From assembly GCA_963730935.1 (NCBI GenBank), contig CAVSTP010000004.1, forward strand, positions 32,001 to 96,000: a stretch of 64,000 nt of DNA, written 5' to 3'. Positions within the stretch are counted from its first letter, which is position 1; each line of letters begins with the position of its first letter. Made by a program: the position numbers and the translations under genes. The notes below the pieces were generated by a model. The model had not been told where the DNA came from and searched no databases. It saw nothing but the letters and a program-made list of their open reading frames with translations. This document shows positions 9,088-19,267 of the stretch, one piece after another. Origin of the DNA: an uncultured Nitrospiraceae bacterium (GTDB taxonomy: Bacteria > Nitrospirota > Nitrospiria > Nitrospirales > Nitrospiraceae).

Positions 9088-12008
9088 CTAATTGAATGCA
9101 GGATCACCCTTCGCATCTTCTCGCGCCTTCCACTGGAGGTCGTAGTAGTTGCCGCGATCGCGTGCCCATGGATCAAACGCATTGACGACGTGCGCGAGCT
9201 CAGGCTCTAGTTCGGGAATCGTCCGACGCAGCACGCATTTGAGCGGCGAAGGGTCCACCTTATTGAACAAGAGCCATGTTTTTACGACGCATTGATCTTC
9301 CGGGCCGTTGTTCATGACCCATTCCACGCCGACCTTGCTGTAGAACTCTTTCGTAAAGCTGGACGTGAAGAACCGGTCGCTGAACAGGCGCCTGGAGGCA
9401 TTGAGGATGAAGACTTGAAATTGCGTTTCCGAGATAGCGAAGCCATGGGGCCGAACCGGTTCGGCCAGCCAGCCAACGATCGTGTCGAGGTCTTCAATGT
9501 TGTCGACTTGTTCGCCATTCTTCTTGCCTAAGCAATCGTCGATCGCTTGCCACTGAATGCCTTCTGATGTTTCGAGTCGGACCTTTTGGGCCGTCGTGAT
9601 CACCTTGGACTTGTCACAGGTATGGCGACCGTAGACCGCTCGAAGTCTATTGACGATCTCCATTTGTCGATCGAGTTCCTTCTGCTTCGTGGAATCTTTC
9701 TTGGCAGCCACTATCAAGTTCTCATCGATGAAATCTTCAAACCTGGTCAAGGTTCTCAGCCCGTATTGCCGACGGAATTCATTGAAGCGGGGGATGCCGC
9801 GTTCTCTATCGCGAATGATGTCGAGCGCAGCAACGTCAATCTGGTGTCCCGCTTCGTCGATGTGTAGATTTTGGAGGAACTGTGGATGGTTCCTGAGCGT
9901 CAGCCGTCCCAGCCGCTGTCGCCCCATCGACAACGCCAGGTTGGCCAGCCCTTTGCCGTGCATCGTCGTTGTGGCTTTCTTCCTGAACGTCTCGACGACC
10001 GGAATCATCCCCTGGATCTGATCAGGGTGATTGAACTGTCGATACTCGATCAGGTCGGGCATCATCGGATGAAGGCGATAGACGGTAATGAACTCTTCGG
10101 GGAAGTTGAATGGCGAGCCGAAGTGGTGTGTGCCTCCGTTGACATGATCGGGCTTCGGGAACGTGTACGTGTTCGGACAAAAGAAAAGATGCCAGCAATC
10201 CCGGATCTCGTTACGCATGCCGAAGATGCCCGGCCCTCCGGCAAAAGCGGAGTATTTGAGATTGGCATCCGCGAGGTCGCCCGAGCGTTTCATCCGGCTC
10301 ATGACGGTTTCCACCGCAGCGCCGACCACCGAATAATTCTCGAACAGTCCAGACCAATTCGCGTTCATGCCTTTGTAAAGCGCTTCGTCATAGAGCAGTT
10401 GAGTGGTCCATTCGATGGTGTGGATCTTGGCAATTTCGGCTGACACGACGAGTCGGGCGATTTCGAACAGCTCTCGAGGAGTCACTTCGCCGAAACGGCA
10501 CAGGATGCTTTCGGCTTGTCGGGCCGCCGCAGCCCGCTGTCCTCCTTCGGATCCTGACTGCGGAAATAATCCACGAACTTGTTGTGCTCTCTGGCGAATA
10601 CGTTATGGAAGAAACTCAGCCCGATGGACCAGTTATCCGGGAACGCCGTCGCCTCCTGGCCTTCCCAGATGGGGTTGATGTGTTTTCGGTCTGACTCATC
10701 GAGCAGGGGCAGGTAGCCTTGTTTCCAGCCTTCCCGTTCCTTTTCGTTTTCCGGTGTCTTGCCGATTGGTCGCATCAAGAGCTTGGCTGGATCGTCTGGA
10801 TCCTTTTTCACGCGCTTTAACGAGGTCTCGTCGTACCCGTAGATCTGAGAGGCATCCCACCAGGCGGTTACCCGGTTCAGTGTTCTTCGTCGAGCCTTCT
10901 TGAGAGATTTTCCGTTGTCGAACATGCCAGGATCTGTCCGGTCGATCAGCGCTTCGCCGATACGGTCCTCAGGGCGGCACTTGATGGTCTCTTTGAGCTG
11001 CTCGGTGCAACCCATGCTCATCATGGTGTCGGCATTCCGCCCTTCGCGGGAATGGGAGAACCAGTCGTGCGTCATGAACTGAATCCAGAACGCGGCCAGG
11101 ACATTAAATGAATTGGCTTTCTCGTAGGGGCACATCGAAAGGTCTTCTTTCGACCCATGTCCCTCGTTGCAGTCCACCCCGTTGCTCTGATCTCGCGAGA
11201 AGAGTGTCCGACTAATGAGTTGCGGGTTCGGCTCAAGCAGCGCAAGTCTTTTCGCATGCCGGTTTCTGGTTTCCGTGCTTTGCTTCTGTTCGTCAAGATC
11301 GGGGAAGGTGACGGCTTCGAATTGGACATTGCGGGCAAGGGGCTGGTTGGTCGAGCCCATGAGAGGGTTGTAGATGTCGTTGCAGTAGCCGTTCAGGTCA
11401 CGAAACCGAATCGATTCGCCTATGCATTGCTGGGAGCCGTCAACCGGATTGGTCGTGAGGCCATCCTTCTTAAGCCGCGCCACGACCCTGACATATTCCT
11501 GCTCATCCATGTCGTTGCCGGCAGGTCTCTGATCGGTTACCCGCATTTCCACCCAAGGCGTGTGGAAGACGCCGGCAGGGTCTCTCAGGATCTGTGAATA
11601 TTTCTCGTAGGTTCCGCTATTGTCGAACAGGTTGAACTTGATCATTTCCATCCGCTGGAATTCGAGGTCCAGCAGCGCGCCTCGGATCCCACGTCCGTTT
11701 CCACCGAGATCTCCGAAGAGCGCGCCGAACCCCGGCACCTTTGAGTCCGCGTCACCGGCGGCCCAGTAGTTTTCCCAGTCTACCCAGGGGCGCGATCTCG
11801 CTTGGACCGTTATCTCGCCGCCGCGGCAGCGGGCTGTGTCTTCCCGGACCTTGCCGAGGAACCGCTCGCTGCGGTCGGGGGCGACGTCTCTCGGACCGCG
11901 CGAGACGTATGTGAAGCAGGAACTCAGCTCTTGTGGATCAAGTGAGGCACAACCAGGGGCTGTGAAGAGAAGAGATGCGAGCAGGAGTGAGGCGGTAAGT
12001 GTGTGCAT
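9088..12008 (-). CDS. Peroxidase-cyclooxygenase superfamily heme protein (fatty-acid alpha-dioxygenase-like), one frameshift at ~10510
   Basis: WIQFMTHDWF, TAWWDASQIYG, FAREHN, AKIHTIEWT, EEFITVYRLHP, DRERGIPRFNEFRR; signal peptide ending in Cys; ORFs 10482..12026 and 9088..10485 join if one A is added to an A-run. Confidence 0.85.
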
Positions 12009-12180
12009 TGGCTGCACAACTTCCAATGGTTAAATGCCTTGGTGCCCCTTGCTATGCTCTTAATGAGAAATTCTCAATACCGCTTTCGCATAGGGCGGAT
12101 GAACGAACCTTTTGGTTTCACGCCGTTTTTTCAAGGGAAGGCATGGTGATACGCTTTTCCGTCGGCGTCAACAGGTCCAT

Positions 12181-12210
12181 TCGTATCTAGTCTTATCGTA
12201 TCTAGTCTTA
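12181..12210. repeat. Perfect 15-bp tandem duplication (TCGTATCTAGTCTTA x2)
   Basis: Directly visible, upstream of the peroxidase gene run. Confidence 0.9.
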
Positions 12211-12481
12211 CATTGAGCACCCAAGCGTTGAGCAATGGATATGCCTCCAGTATTCTCGCAGTAGAAATGCATCTAATCGTCTGATTCTTTCAGGACTTCG
12301 GTGATCGAGGGAAAGCGAGAGGGCTAGCGATTACCAGGCGGCTAGCTTCTGAGTGGATCGATTTAGATTCTAGGGGCGGGTCGGAAAGGATTCAGACGTG
12401 GAACGCGATCTCAAATCTCAGCTCTCACATGCCTTAATGTTGAGGATGGGGTAGGGAAATTTGAAACGCTTCGGGCGCGCC

Positions 12482-14005
12482 TTAATCGATTTTTTCAATA
12501 ATCGCAAAGTAACGACTGTCCGACATCTTCCTGCCTCTGATTTCGGCCTCAATTGCAGTCCCATCTTTACGCTGTATCAATCGTTTCAAGCACAAGGTCT
12601 TGCCCTCGCGGAGTTGCTCAAGGTACTGATTGGCCAACTCTTTTTCTGCAGGGACATAGGTTTCCCTGACATGAAGCTGAAGCAATTCCTCCCTGGTGTA
12701 TCCAAACAATTCGCATGCTTTTGCGTTTACCAGCCTGAAGTAGCCGTCCATATCTAGAGCAACGACGGCGTCCGAAGCCTCTTCCATTAAGAGTCGATAC
12801 TGACGCTCACTCTCCTGTAGAGCCGCTTCTGCTTCCCGGCGTTCAGTAATATCTTGAGCAAAGACCAGGACTCCGATGACATTGCCCTGGGCATCACGGT
12901 ACGGCACTTTGTCTGTCTGCACCCAGCGTTTATGACCAGGTGCTATTTCATAGAGTTCAACAATTCCGAGTCTCGGCTGGCCAGAGGCAATGACGGTAAG
13001 GTCATCCTGATGATATTTCTCCGCTTCCTCAGGATAGAGGTCATAGGTGGATTGCCCTTCAAGCTCCTCCACCGTTTTGTTGATAGATTCTGCTGCATGC
13101 CGGTTGACTCGTAAAATGCGATTCTGCGAATCTTTGTACCAGACCATCGCGGGAATGAGATCCAAGAGAACCTGTTGCTCGATCTGCTGCTGCAGCAATT
13201 TCGCTTCAGCCTCCTTCCGCAGCGTGATGTCGCGAATAATGCCACAGCTCAACATCTGCCCGCTGGATCTCCAAGTGCTCAGCGATAGCTCAACAGGAAA
13301 TTCGCTCCCGTCCTTTCTCAAGCCGGACAGTTCGATCGTTCTCCCCATCTTGCTCGGTTTGCCGGAGGCCTTCGCTAGCTCAAGCCCACGCAGATGACCC
13401 TCGCGGTAGCGAGTCGGCATGATCGTGGTCAGCGGCTTCCCCAGGATCTCTCCCTCCATATAGCCAAAGAGCCGTTCGGCAGCGGTATTCCATGAGACGA
13501 CCTTGCCCTCGTCATCAGCCAACACGATTCCGTCGGGCGCCGTTTGAACCACCTGTCGGAACTGCTCTTCTTTCGCATACAGGGCGCTCTCGACATGCCT
13601 CATCTTGTTCACCAACCGCCGCACGTCCACTGCCTGACGGAGGATGATCTTGAGCTCGTCTCGATTGTAGGGTTTGGTGATATACGCGAAGGCGCCACGG
13701 CGGAGGGCCTCAACTGTGTACTGTTCCTGGATGGAGGCGGTGAGGACAATGACCGGAAGAATAGGGTCCATTTCCTCCAATCCGCGGAGAACCGCGAAGC
13801 CGCTCAAGTCCGGCAATCCCAGATCCAAGACCACTGTACCGAACGATTGCTCTTCGGCTTCCTGCAGCGCCTGCCTTCCCGTTGCCACGCTGCGTACGGT
13901 ATACCCTTCATGTTGAAGGTAATCTGAAAGAGCGAGGGAAAGATCCGGATCATCCTCCACGATGAGGACGGATGAACCATGGGAAGCGAGTTGTTCCGCT
14001 TTCAT
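12482..14005 (-). CDS. Response regulator receiver domain plus three PAS/PAC domains
   Basis: VLIVEDD...LDLGLPD...KP receiver; PAS motifs WNTAAERLFGY, RKDGSEFPVELS, RDIT.RK, VNAKACELFGY. Confidence 0.85.
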   Translation of the reverse strand: MKAEQLASHGSSVLIVEDDPDLSLALSDYLQHEGYTVRSVATGRQALQEAEEQSFGTVVLDLGLPDLSGFAVLRGLEEMDPILPVIVLTASIQEQYTVEALRRGAFAYITKPYNRDELKIILRQAVDVRRLVNKMRHVESALYAKEEQFRQVVQTAPDGIVLADDEGKVVSWNTAAERLFGYMEGEILGKPLTTIMPTRYREGHLRGLELAKASGKPSKMGRTIELSGLRKDGSEFPVELSLSTWRSSGQMLSCGIIRDITLRKEAEAKLLQQQIEQQVLLDLIPAMVWYKDSQNRILRVNRHAAESINKTVEELEGQSTYDLYPEEAEKYHQDDLTVIASGQPRLGIVELYEIAPGHKRWVQTDKVPYRDAQGNVIGVLVFAQDITERREAEAALQESERQYRLLMEEASDAVVALDMDGYFRLVNAKACELFGYTREELLQLHVRETYVPAEKELANQYLEQLREGKTLCLKRLIQRKDGTAIEAEIRGRKMSDSRYFAIIEKID

Positions 14006-14131
14006 CGTCTCACCAGTTCAAGAGTGAGGGGGCGATGGATGTGGCAGCATTCAAGAGCGCAGAGGATGGGACAAAAACGCGAGAAAATCAATAGTTGGAA
14101 GGTGGAATGTTAAGGTATACGTTCTTTTAGG

Positions 14132-15877
14132 CTATGTTGCGAACGGCAGAGTGAAGTAGAACCGACTCCCTTTTCCCAGCGCGCTCTCGACACCAATGCT
14201 TCCCCCATGCAACTCGATGAGTCCTTTCGCAATCGCCAGACCTAAGCCAGACCCTGCAACCGGTCCAGAACCCGGTTCTACCCGATAGAACTTGTCGAAG
14301 ATCTTCGGCAGATGCTCTTCCGAGATTCCGCACCCTGTGTCGGACACGTTCATTTTGATATGCCGCTCGTCCAAGACCTGTGCATCGATATGGACATGCC
14401 CACCCGGCGGCGTAAACTTGATCGCATTCTCGAGCAAATTCGCGAGCACTTCATACAGTTTGTCTCGGTCAACGCGAACCTTCGGCATGTCCTCCATGGA
14501 GCCTATGTCCATCGTGATCGATTTCCGCTGGGCAAGGGGCTGGAAGACTTCCGCCAGCTCGGTCAGTAACTCTTGGAGTGACAGCACCGTCGGGCGCAGC
14601 TCCATTTTCCCTGCTTCAAGTTTGGACAGGTTCAGCAGTTCATTCAGCATGCGTGCGAGTCGGTCTGTATTGAATTGGATTCGAGAGGCATAGTACTTTT
14701 GTTTCTCATTTAATGGACCGGCCAGGCCTTCAAACAGGTTCTCTGAAAGGTTCTTGATGGACGTGAGCGGGGTCCGCAATTCATGAGAAACGATACCGAC
14801 AAAGGCAGTTTTCAACTGATTGAACTCTTGCAATTGCTCGACGGTCGCTTGAAGCGTACTGGTTCGGTCCTGAATCCTTCGTTCCAGCGTGCGGTTCAGC
14901 TCATCGAGCTCCTGTTCCGCACGTCCACGCTCGGCAACACCGACGGCTAACACCAAGGCGGTCACGGCAAGTACGGCTATGAAGGCCTGTAATAACAGCA
15001 AGCTTTCATGTGGGTTGCCACGGGCGAAGGGACCAGAGCCCTGCAATGTTCCCCAAATGGCTATTCCTGCACATACAAGAGCGGCGGTGACAGTTTCACG
15101 AGGCCCGAGCCGGACCGCAACCCATATCAGAATGGACAGAGTAAGAAAAGCCAGCGGATAGTTCGGCCCCGTCATTGCCTGGCTGCTCTTAAAGACCGTC
15201 CATGTCACCACGCACAGCAGCGGGAGCGATACGCCCATTTCCAGCAGTTGAGAGCGACTCCAGTTGAGCGCATGTTTGAGGGCATGTTCCGATACCCAGA
15301 GGACGATAGCTGGCGTAACGATCAGAGCGCCAACGACATCACCGAGCCACCAGGTGGTCCAAAGCTCACCATATTTCTGCCAGTCCGCGTAGCCTCCCAG
15401 GGCAAGGCTGGTCACTCCGAACGTTGCGCTCACGGTGGTGCTGAACAGAGCAGCCAGAAGCACAAATTTCAGCGTATCGCCCTGTTGGATAAAGCATTTT
15501 CGACCATTCGCAAAATAGTTGATCAGCAGTGCGCCAATCAGCCCTTCCAACGTATTCCCAGTCGCGATGGCGAGAGATGACACCATCGAACCAGCTGTTG
15601 TCACATTGACCGCAAAGGCTCCGAGAAAGATAGCGGGCCATACCCAATATCCAAGGAGGAGAAAGGCCGCCAGACTGATTCCGGTCGGGGGCCATACCGG
15701 AGTTGCGCTCGGGTGAAAGAGAGCCAATTGAAGGCCAATCTTTCCTGCGAGAACATAGACCACCGCCAGGCTGCACAGGGCGATTGATCGCTGCATGGGA
15801 CTCAATCCGTGCAGAAGTTTGTCAGGGTTCACGTGCTTCCAGTGATCGGTATTTGTTATGACGTTCGACAGTTGCAT
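14132..15877 (-). CDS. MASE1-domain membrane sensor histidine kinase
   Basis: MASE1 (PVWPPTG, WWLGD); H-box [30 protein letters not shown]. Confidence 0.92.
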   Translation of the reverse strand: MQLSNVITNTDHWKHVNPDKLLHGLSPMQRSIALCSLAVVYVLAGKIGLQLALFHPSATPVWPPTGISLAAFLLLGYWVWPAIFLGAFAVNVTTAGSMVSSLAIATGNTLEGLIGALLINYFANGRKCFIQQGDTLKFVLLAALFSTTVSATFGVTSLALGGYADWQKYGELWTTWWLGDVVGALIVTPAIVLWVSEHALKHALNWSRSQLLEMGVSLPLLCVVTWTVFKSSQAMTGPNYPLAFLTLSILIWVAVRLGPRETVTAALVCAGIAIWGTLQGSGPFARGNPHESLLLLQAFIAVLAVTALVLAVGVAERGRAEQELDELNRTLERRIQDRTSTLQATVEQLQEFNQLKTAFVGIVSHELRTPLTSIKNLSENLFEGLAGPLNEKQKYYASRIQFNTDRLARMLNELLNLSKLEAGKMELRPTVLSLQELLTELAEVFQPLAQRKSITMDIGSMEDMPKVRVDRDKLYEVLANLLENAIKFTPPGGHVHIDAQVLDERHIKMNVSDTGCGISEEHLPKIFDKFYRVEPGSGPVAGSGLGLAIAKGLIELHGGSIGVESALGKGSRFYFTLPFAT

Positions 15878-15980
15878 TGAGGGCCAATTCTAGGAGTGCC
15901 TCGTAAGCGACGCAAGAGGGGCGAATAGGGAAATCCAAATACGTGTATTAATCGCGCTTCGGTGCTTGAAGGCAGCCGGA

Positions 15981-17822
15981 TCAGTTCTGGATTCGACAAG
16001 CAGAATTGTTTCGATGACTCAGTATGATCGGAGCTTCAATCAGTTCGGGTCGCGTTGCCCTTGGATCGTCACTTTCAAAACGAGGACCGGTGTCCTCCGC
16101 GCCTTCCTTCCACACCCGCGGCACGCGCCGGATGCCAATGGGAAAAATTGTGAGACGTCCTCCTTCATCAATATGCAATCGAAGAAAATGTTTCCAATCC
16201 TCAATGCGCAGCGAGGAAAATGCCTCGTTCATATGTCGTCCGAATACATTGAGCGAAATCAATAGATAGAACCCCAGCAGCATCGAGCCGACTATCCATC
16301 CGCCGAGAAAAATTAACGAACCTGTCAGGAGAAGTTGTTCGGGAGCCTGAAAGCGCAATCCAACAATAGTGATTGCAAGATAGGAAGCGCCCCAGCCGAT
16401 GAAAAATGTGGCTGCAATATGTGAAATCGCGTGCAGCGTTCCCGCAGTCCAGCGGTACCACTTCGCATAGGTATCGGTAAACAGGAAAAATCCTAGAAAG
16501 AGCACGGTCGTCCAAAAGATGGGGAACGGTGTCAGCAGTGATTGTGCGAAGACCACCGACGCCACTTCAGACAAGTCGGATATCTCGCCGACGTTCGCCA
16601 TGACGGACCATGCCGTCAGTAAGTACAGACTGGCCGGTACTATGCCGAATTTCCAGTTTACAAAGGGGAAAAGACCATTGAGGAGGGAGAGTTGTCGTGA
16701 CACGGACGGGTTCGGCCAACTGGCTTTATGATGAAATTTTCTCGCAGCATCAGCCTGCGTTGGCTGTAATGTTTCGACCAGGTCATTCACATTCCAGCCA
16801 TGTGTCGGATGGAGAAATGCGCCTCCTCCGCCGGCAATAAGTTTTTGGGTACCATCGTTCGCTTCGTGTCGGCGGTAATGATGGAGGTCTCCGGCCAGAA
16901 ACACCTGAATTGATTTCCCTTTGAGGATCTCTTTCTCCACAAAATCAAGATTGCGATCATTCACATTGGGGTCGTACCGCTGGTACTGAGCCTCGTAGAA
17001 CCACGTCGGTTCGGCGTTGCAAAGGATAATGCTGTCCCCATCTGGGATTTGTTTGGCCACCAGTTGGAAATATTTCACTTGTGGACCATCGATGTATGAA
17101 CTGAGTTGCGTGTCCAGAGCTAAGAGCCACCAGCCTTGCGGAAGCTTCATCGCAAAGTAACTGCGCAGCTGAGGGGTCGGAAATCCGGCAATCTCATCCT
17201 TGTCGATAAAATACCGGGTGAAGGCCACTAAGCTGTCATACCAGTCATGATTTCCAGGTATGGCAAACATATCGGGGCGGGCCTTCTCGCCATTGTACGC
17301 GCACTCATACGGATGGAATGTCCGTTCCTTGTAGGCCGACCGACTGGCGGTGGGATAGACTTCATCGCCACCAAAGACAAGCGCGTGACCACGAACTGTC
17401 ACATACAGGTTCTTTCCCCAGTTGAGATCAAGCTTGGGTCGACTGCTGTGGTAGGCGACGGTATAGGTGGGATTCCAGCCTTCCCCTAAATCGGCGACGT
17501 AGTCCAACCAAAATTCCTTGTGATGCGAGTAGTCGATGATGAAATGTGCTGGATCGTCGTCCGGCAAATCATCTGGGTCATCATAGAGCGCTTCAATTAA
17601 CCGGTAATCTGTGTGCCGGCCGAAGATCGTAGAAGTGACGACTTGTCCTGCCGTGCGCAGCAGCTGAGGCGGATCGTACCATCCCACCATTCGATGTTTT
17701 TTAATAGAGACGTTGTCGCTGCTGGATGGCGTTCTTGCCTTGAGAGGCTTGGGCTGCTTTGTGTCGAGAGGGTAGTCGATTGGTGCTGCGCGGTCAGTTT
17801 CAGACATGCGGGAGTGTACCAT
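15981..17822 (-). CDS. Calcineurin-like metallophosphoesterase with C-terminal transmembrane helices
   Basis: ADLG, GGDEVYP, PGNHDWYD, AGDLHHY, GGGGAFLHPTH motifs. Confidence 0.85.
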   Translation of the reverse strand: MVHSRMSETDRAAPIDYPLDTKQPKPLKARTPSSSDNVSIKKHRMVGWYDPPQLLRTAGQVVTSTIFGRHTDYRLIEALYDDPDDLPDDDPAHFIIDYSHHKEFWLDYVADLGEGWNPTYTVAYHSSRPKLDLNWGKNLYVTVRGHALVFGGDEVYPTASRSAYKERTFHPYECAYNGEKARPDMFAIPGNHDWYDSLVAFTRYFIDKDEIAGFPTPQLRSYFAMKLPQGWWLLALDTQLSSYIDGPQVKYFQLVAKQIPDGDSIILCNAEPTWFYEAQYQRYDPNVNDRNLDFVEKEILKGKSIQVFLAGDLHHYRRHEANDGTQKLIAGGGGAFLHPTHGWNVNDLVETLQPTQADAARKFHHKASWPNPSVSRQLSLLNGLFPFVNWKFGIVPASLYLLTAWSVMANVGEISDLSEVASVVFAQSLLTPFPIFWTTVLFLGFFLFTDTYAKWYRWTAGTLHAISHIAATFFIGWGASYLAITIVGLRFQAPEQLLLTGSLIFLGGWIVGSMLLGFYLLISLNVFGRHMNEAFSSLRIEDWKHFLRLHIDEGGRLTIFPIGIRRVPRVWKEGAEDTGPRFESDDPRATRPELIEAPIILSHRNNSACRIQN

Positions 17823-17912
17823 AGCCCTTTGGCAAGGAAGAACGTTGACTAAACATCGCCTATTAAGAAGAAAGCAAAGTCTGCGGACGTTGTGGAATCG
17901 AGAGTTTGAAAC

Positions 17913-17957
17913 AGAAAAAGAAAGGCCGCGCTGCCAGTGTTAGTGGAAGCGCGGCCT
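17913..17957 (-). terminator. Intrinsic terminator
   Basis: AGGCCGCGCT...AGCGCGGCCT stem followed on the minus strand by TTCTTTTTCT. Confidence 0.8.
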
Positions 17958-18092
17958 CATAGCGTGAAGGCAACCGGTCAGTTCCTGGAAGGGTCAGGAC
18001 CAGAATCTGTATGGCCATCTGTTGGCGCTTGACAGCAGTGGCCGCTGGTCGGCTTCACACCGAATCCCCGAGAGCGCCTAGATTGCAAGTGT

Positions 18093-18232
18093 CAAATCTC
18101 AGATCTCAAACTAGAAACGCCGTGCGTATTGCAAATCTTGAATTTCAGATCTTTTAGACGCGCCTGGCGATTTCAGATCACAGATCTCAAATCTCAAACC
18201 AAGACGCTCAGCGAGTATCTCAGATCTCAAAT
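18093..18232. repeat. Cluster of degenerate heptamer repeats (ATCTCA[A/G])
   Basis: caaatctcagatctcaaa, atttcagatcacagatctcaaatctcaaa, atctcagatctcaaa; same unit at ~12407-12428, ~40558-40590 (reverse) and ~56336-56380. Confidence 0.8.
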
Positions 18233-18259
18233 ATGACAAGTGAACGCCTAGTAAGTTTT

Positions 18260-18346
18260 CTAGTCCTGCCAGATCCGAGTCACGACAAAATAGATGAACC
18301 CCGCCAATAGGGTGTTGCTCACTATAAGAATGATCGCGAAATCCAT
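18260..18346 (-). CDS. Small 28-aa single-pass membrane protein MDFAIILIVSNTLLAGFIYFVVTRIWQD (below ORF-track cut-off)
   Basis: AAAGGAG RBS 5 nt before ATG; continuous hydrophobic stretch; TAG stop. Confidence 0.6.
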   Translation of the reverse strand: MDFAIILIVSNTLLAGFIYFVVTRIWQD

Positions 18347-18666
18347 GGTGACTCCTTTCCGACCCTGTGCCTGAGGGAAATGCAAACTGCAGACCACATG
18401 CAGTTCGCAATCGAGGTAAAAAGTGCCATTGCGGAAACGTCAAGCCAGTGTTGTCGTTCCGGCCAAGCGCATTTTTTCAATGACCAGTTCACCCCACCCA
18501 CAGGCACCATTTGGTGAGTCAGATTTGATTCTCCGTGAATCGAATCGGATTCTCGCAACCTGCGCTGATGTATGGGGAATTCCCTAAATGCACGCATCTC
18601 CAATTGATCGGATCAAGGCGAAAATGGCCGTTGGTTTCTGGGGCGCCGTTTCGTTACACTTGCCCA

Positions 18667-19254
18667 ATGACACCCACGGAACTGTTGCTGCCTCCCTCCT
18701 GTGAAGCTGCACTCCTCGAACGGTTTCTGAAGGCCGAAGCGATGGCGCTTTGGGCGGTGCGATCTGCGAAGGCGAAGGATGTGCCTTCTGGCGTGCTCTC
18801 GTTTCTGTTGCGGCATGAGGAAGAAGAGGCGAAGCACCTCAAGGAGTTCGAGGCCAGGCTTGGAGTTCAATCGCATGCCCGGGCGAAACTTCCCCGCATG
18901 CCGAGCCAGTGGTGGGCCCTGGTGATCCATCTGTTCGGCTACGAGACGTTGGGACTCGAGTTTGCCAAAGTGCTCGTCCAGGTGCAGCCGGACTTGATGT
19001 CAATTCTAGAAGATGAGCAAGTCCATGTGGAATTCTTCGAACGTGAAGTGAAAAAGGTCTTAGAAGGGGGAGGTCAGGCAGCGGAAGGGGCTCGGGACTC
19101 TGCCCAGGCTTGGTGGCGCCGGTTGCCGCCCACGCTGGACCGGTATTTGGAAGGCGAGGCGCTGGGGCCCTTCCGGCCCGAGCTTCGACAGCGGATCTTG
19201 GCGGCTATTCACACGCGCTTTTCTCGCGTGGGCCTGTTGGACGGGACGGCATAA
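18667..19254 (+). CDS. Ferritin-like di-iron carboxylate protein
   Basis: E...EAKH...E...DEQVH ligand pattern on a helical protein. Confidence 0.7.
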   Translation: MTPTELLLPPSCEAALLERFLKAEAMALWAVRSAKAKDVPSGVLSFLLRHEEEEAKHLKEFEARLGVQSHARAKLPRMPSQWWALVIHLFGYETLGLEFAKVLVQVQPDLMSILEDEQVHVEFFEREVKKVLEGGGQAAEGARDSAQAWWRRLPPTLDRYLEGEALGPFRPELRQRILAAIHTRFSRVGLLDGTA

Positions 19255-19267
19255 TAAAGGAGCATCG

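Noticed and set aside
1770..10515. Programmed ribosomal frameshifting or phase variation as the cause of the split genes
   Set aside because: No slippery heptamers or long simple repeats at the junctions; shifts are numerous and of mixed sign
17985..18075. SRP RNA (GGTCAGGACC) or cobalamin riboswitch (GGGGATTCGGTGTGAAGCCG...CCACTG) resemblance
   Set aside because: The SRP GGAAGCAG half and a clean B12 box are missing; kept only as an unassigned structured RNA candidate
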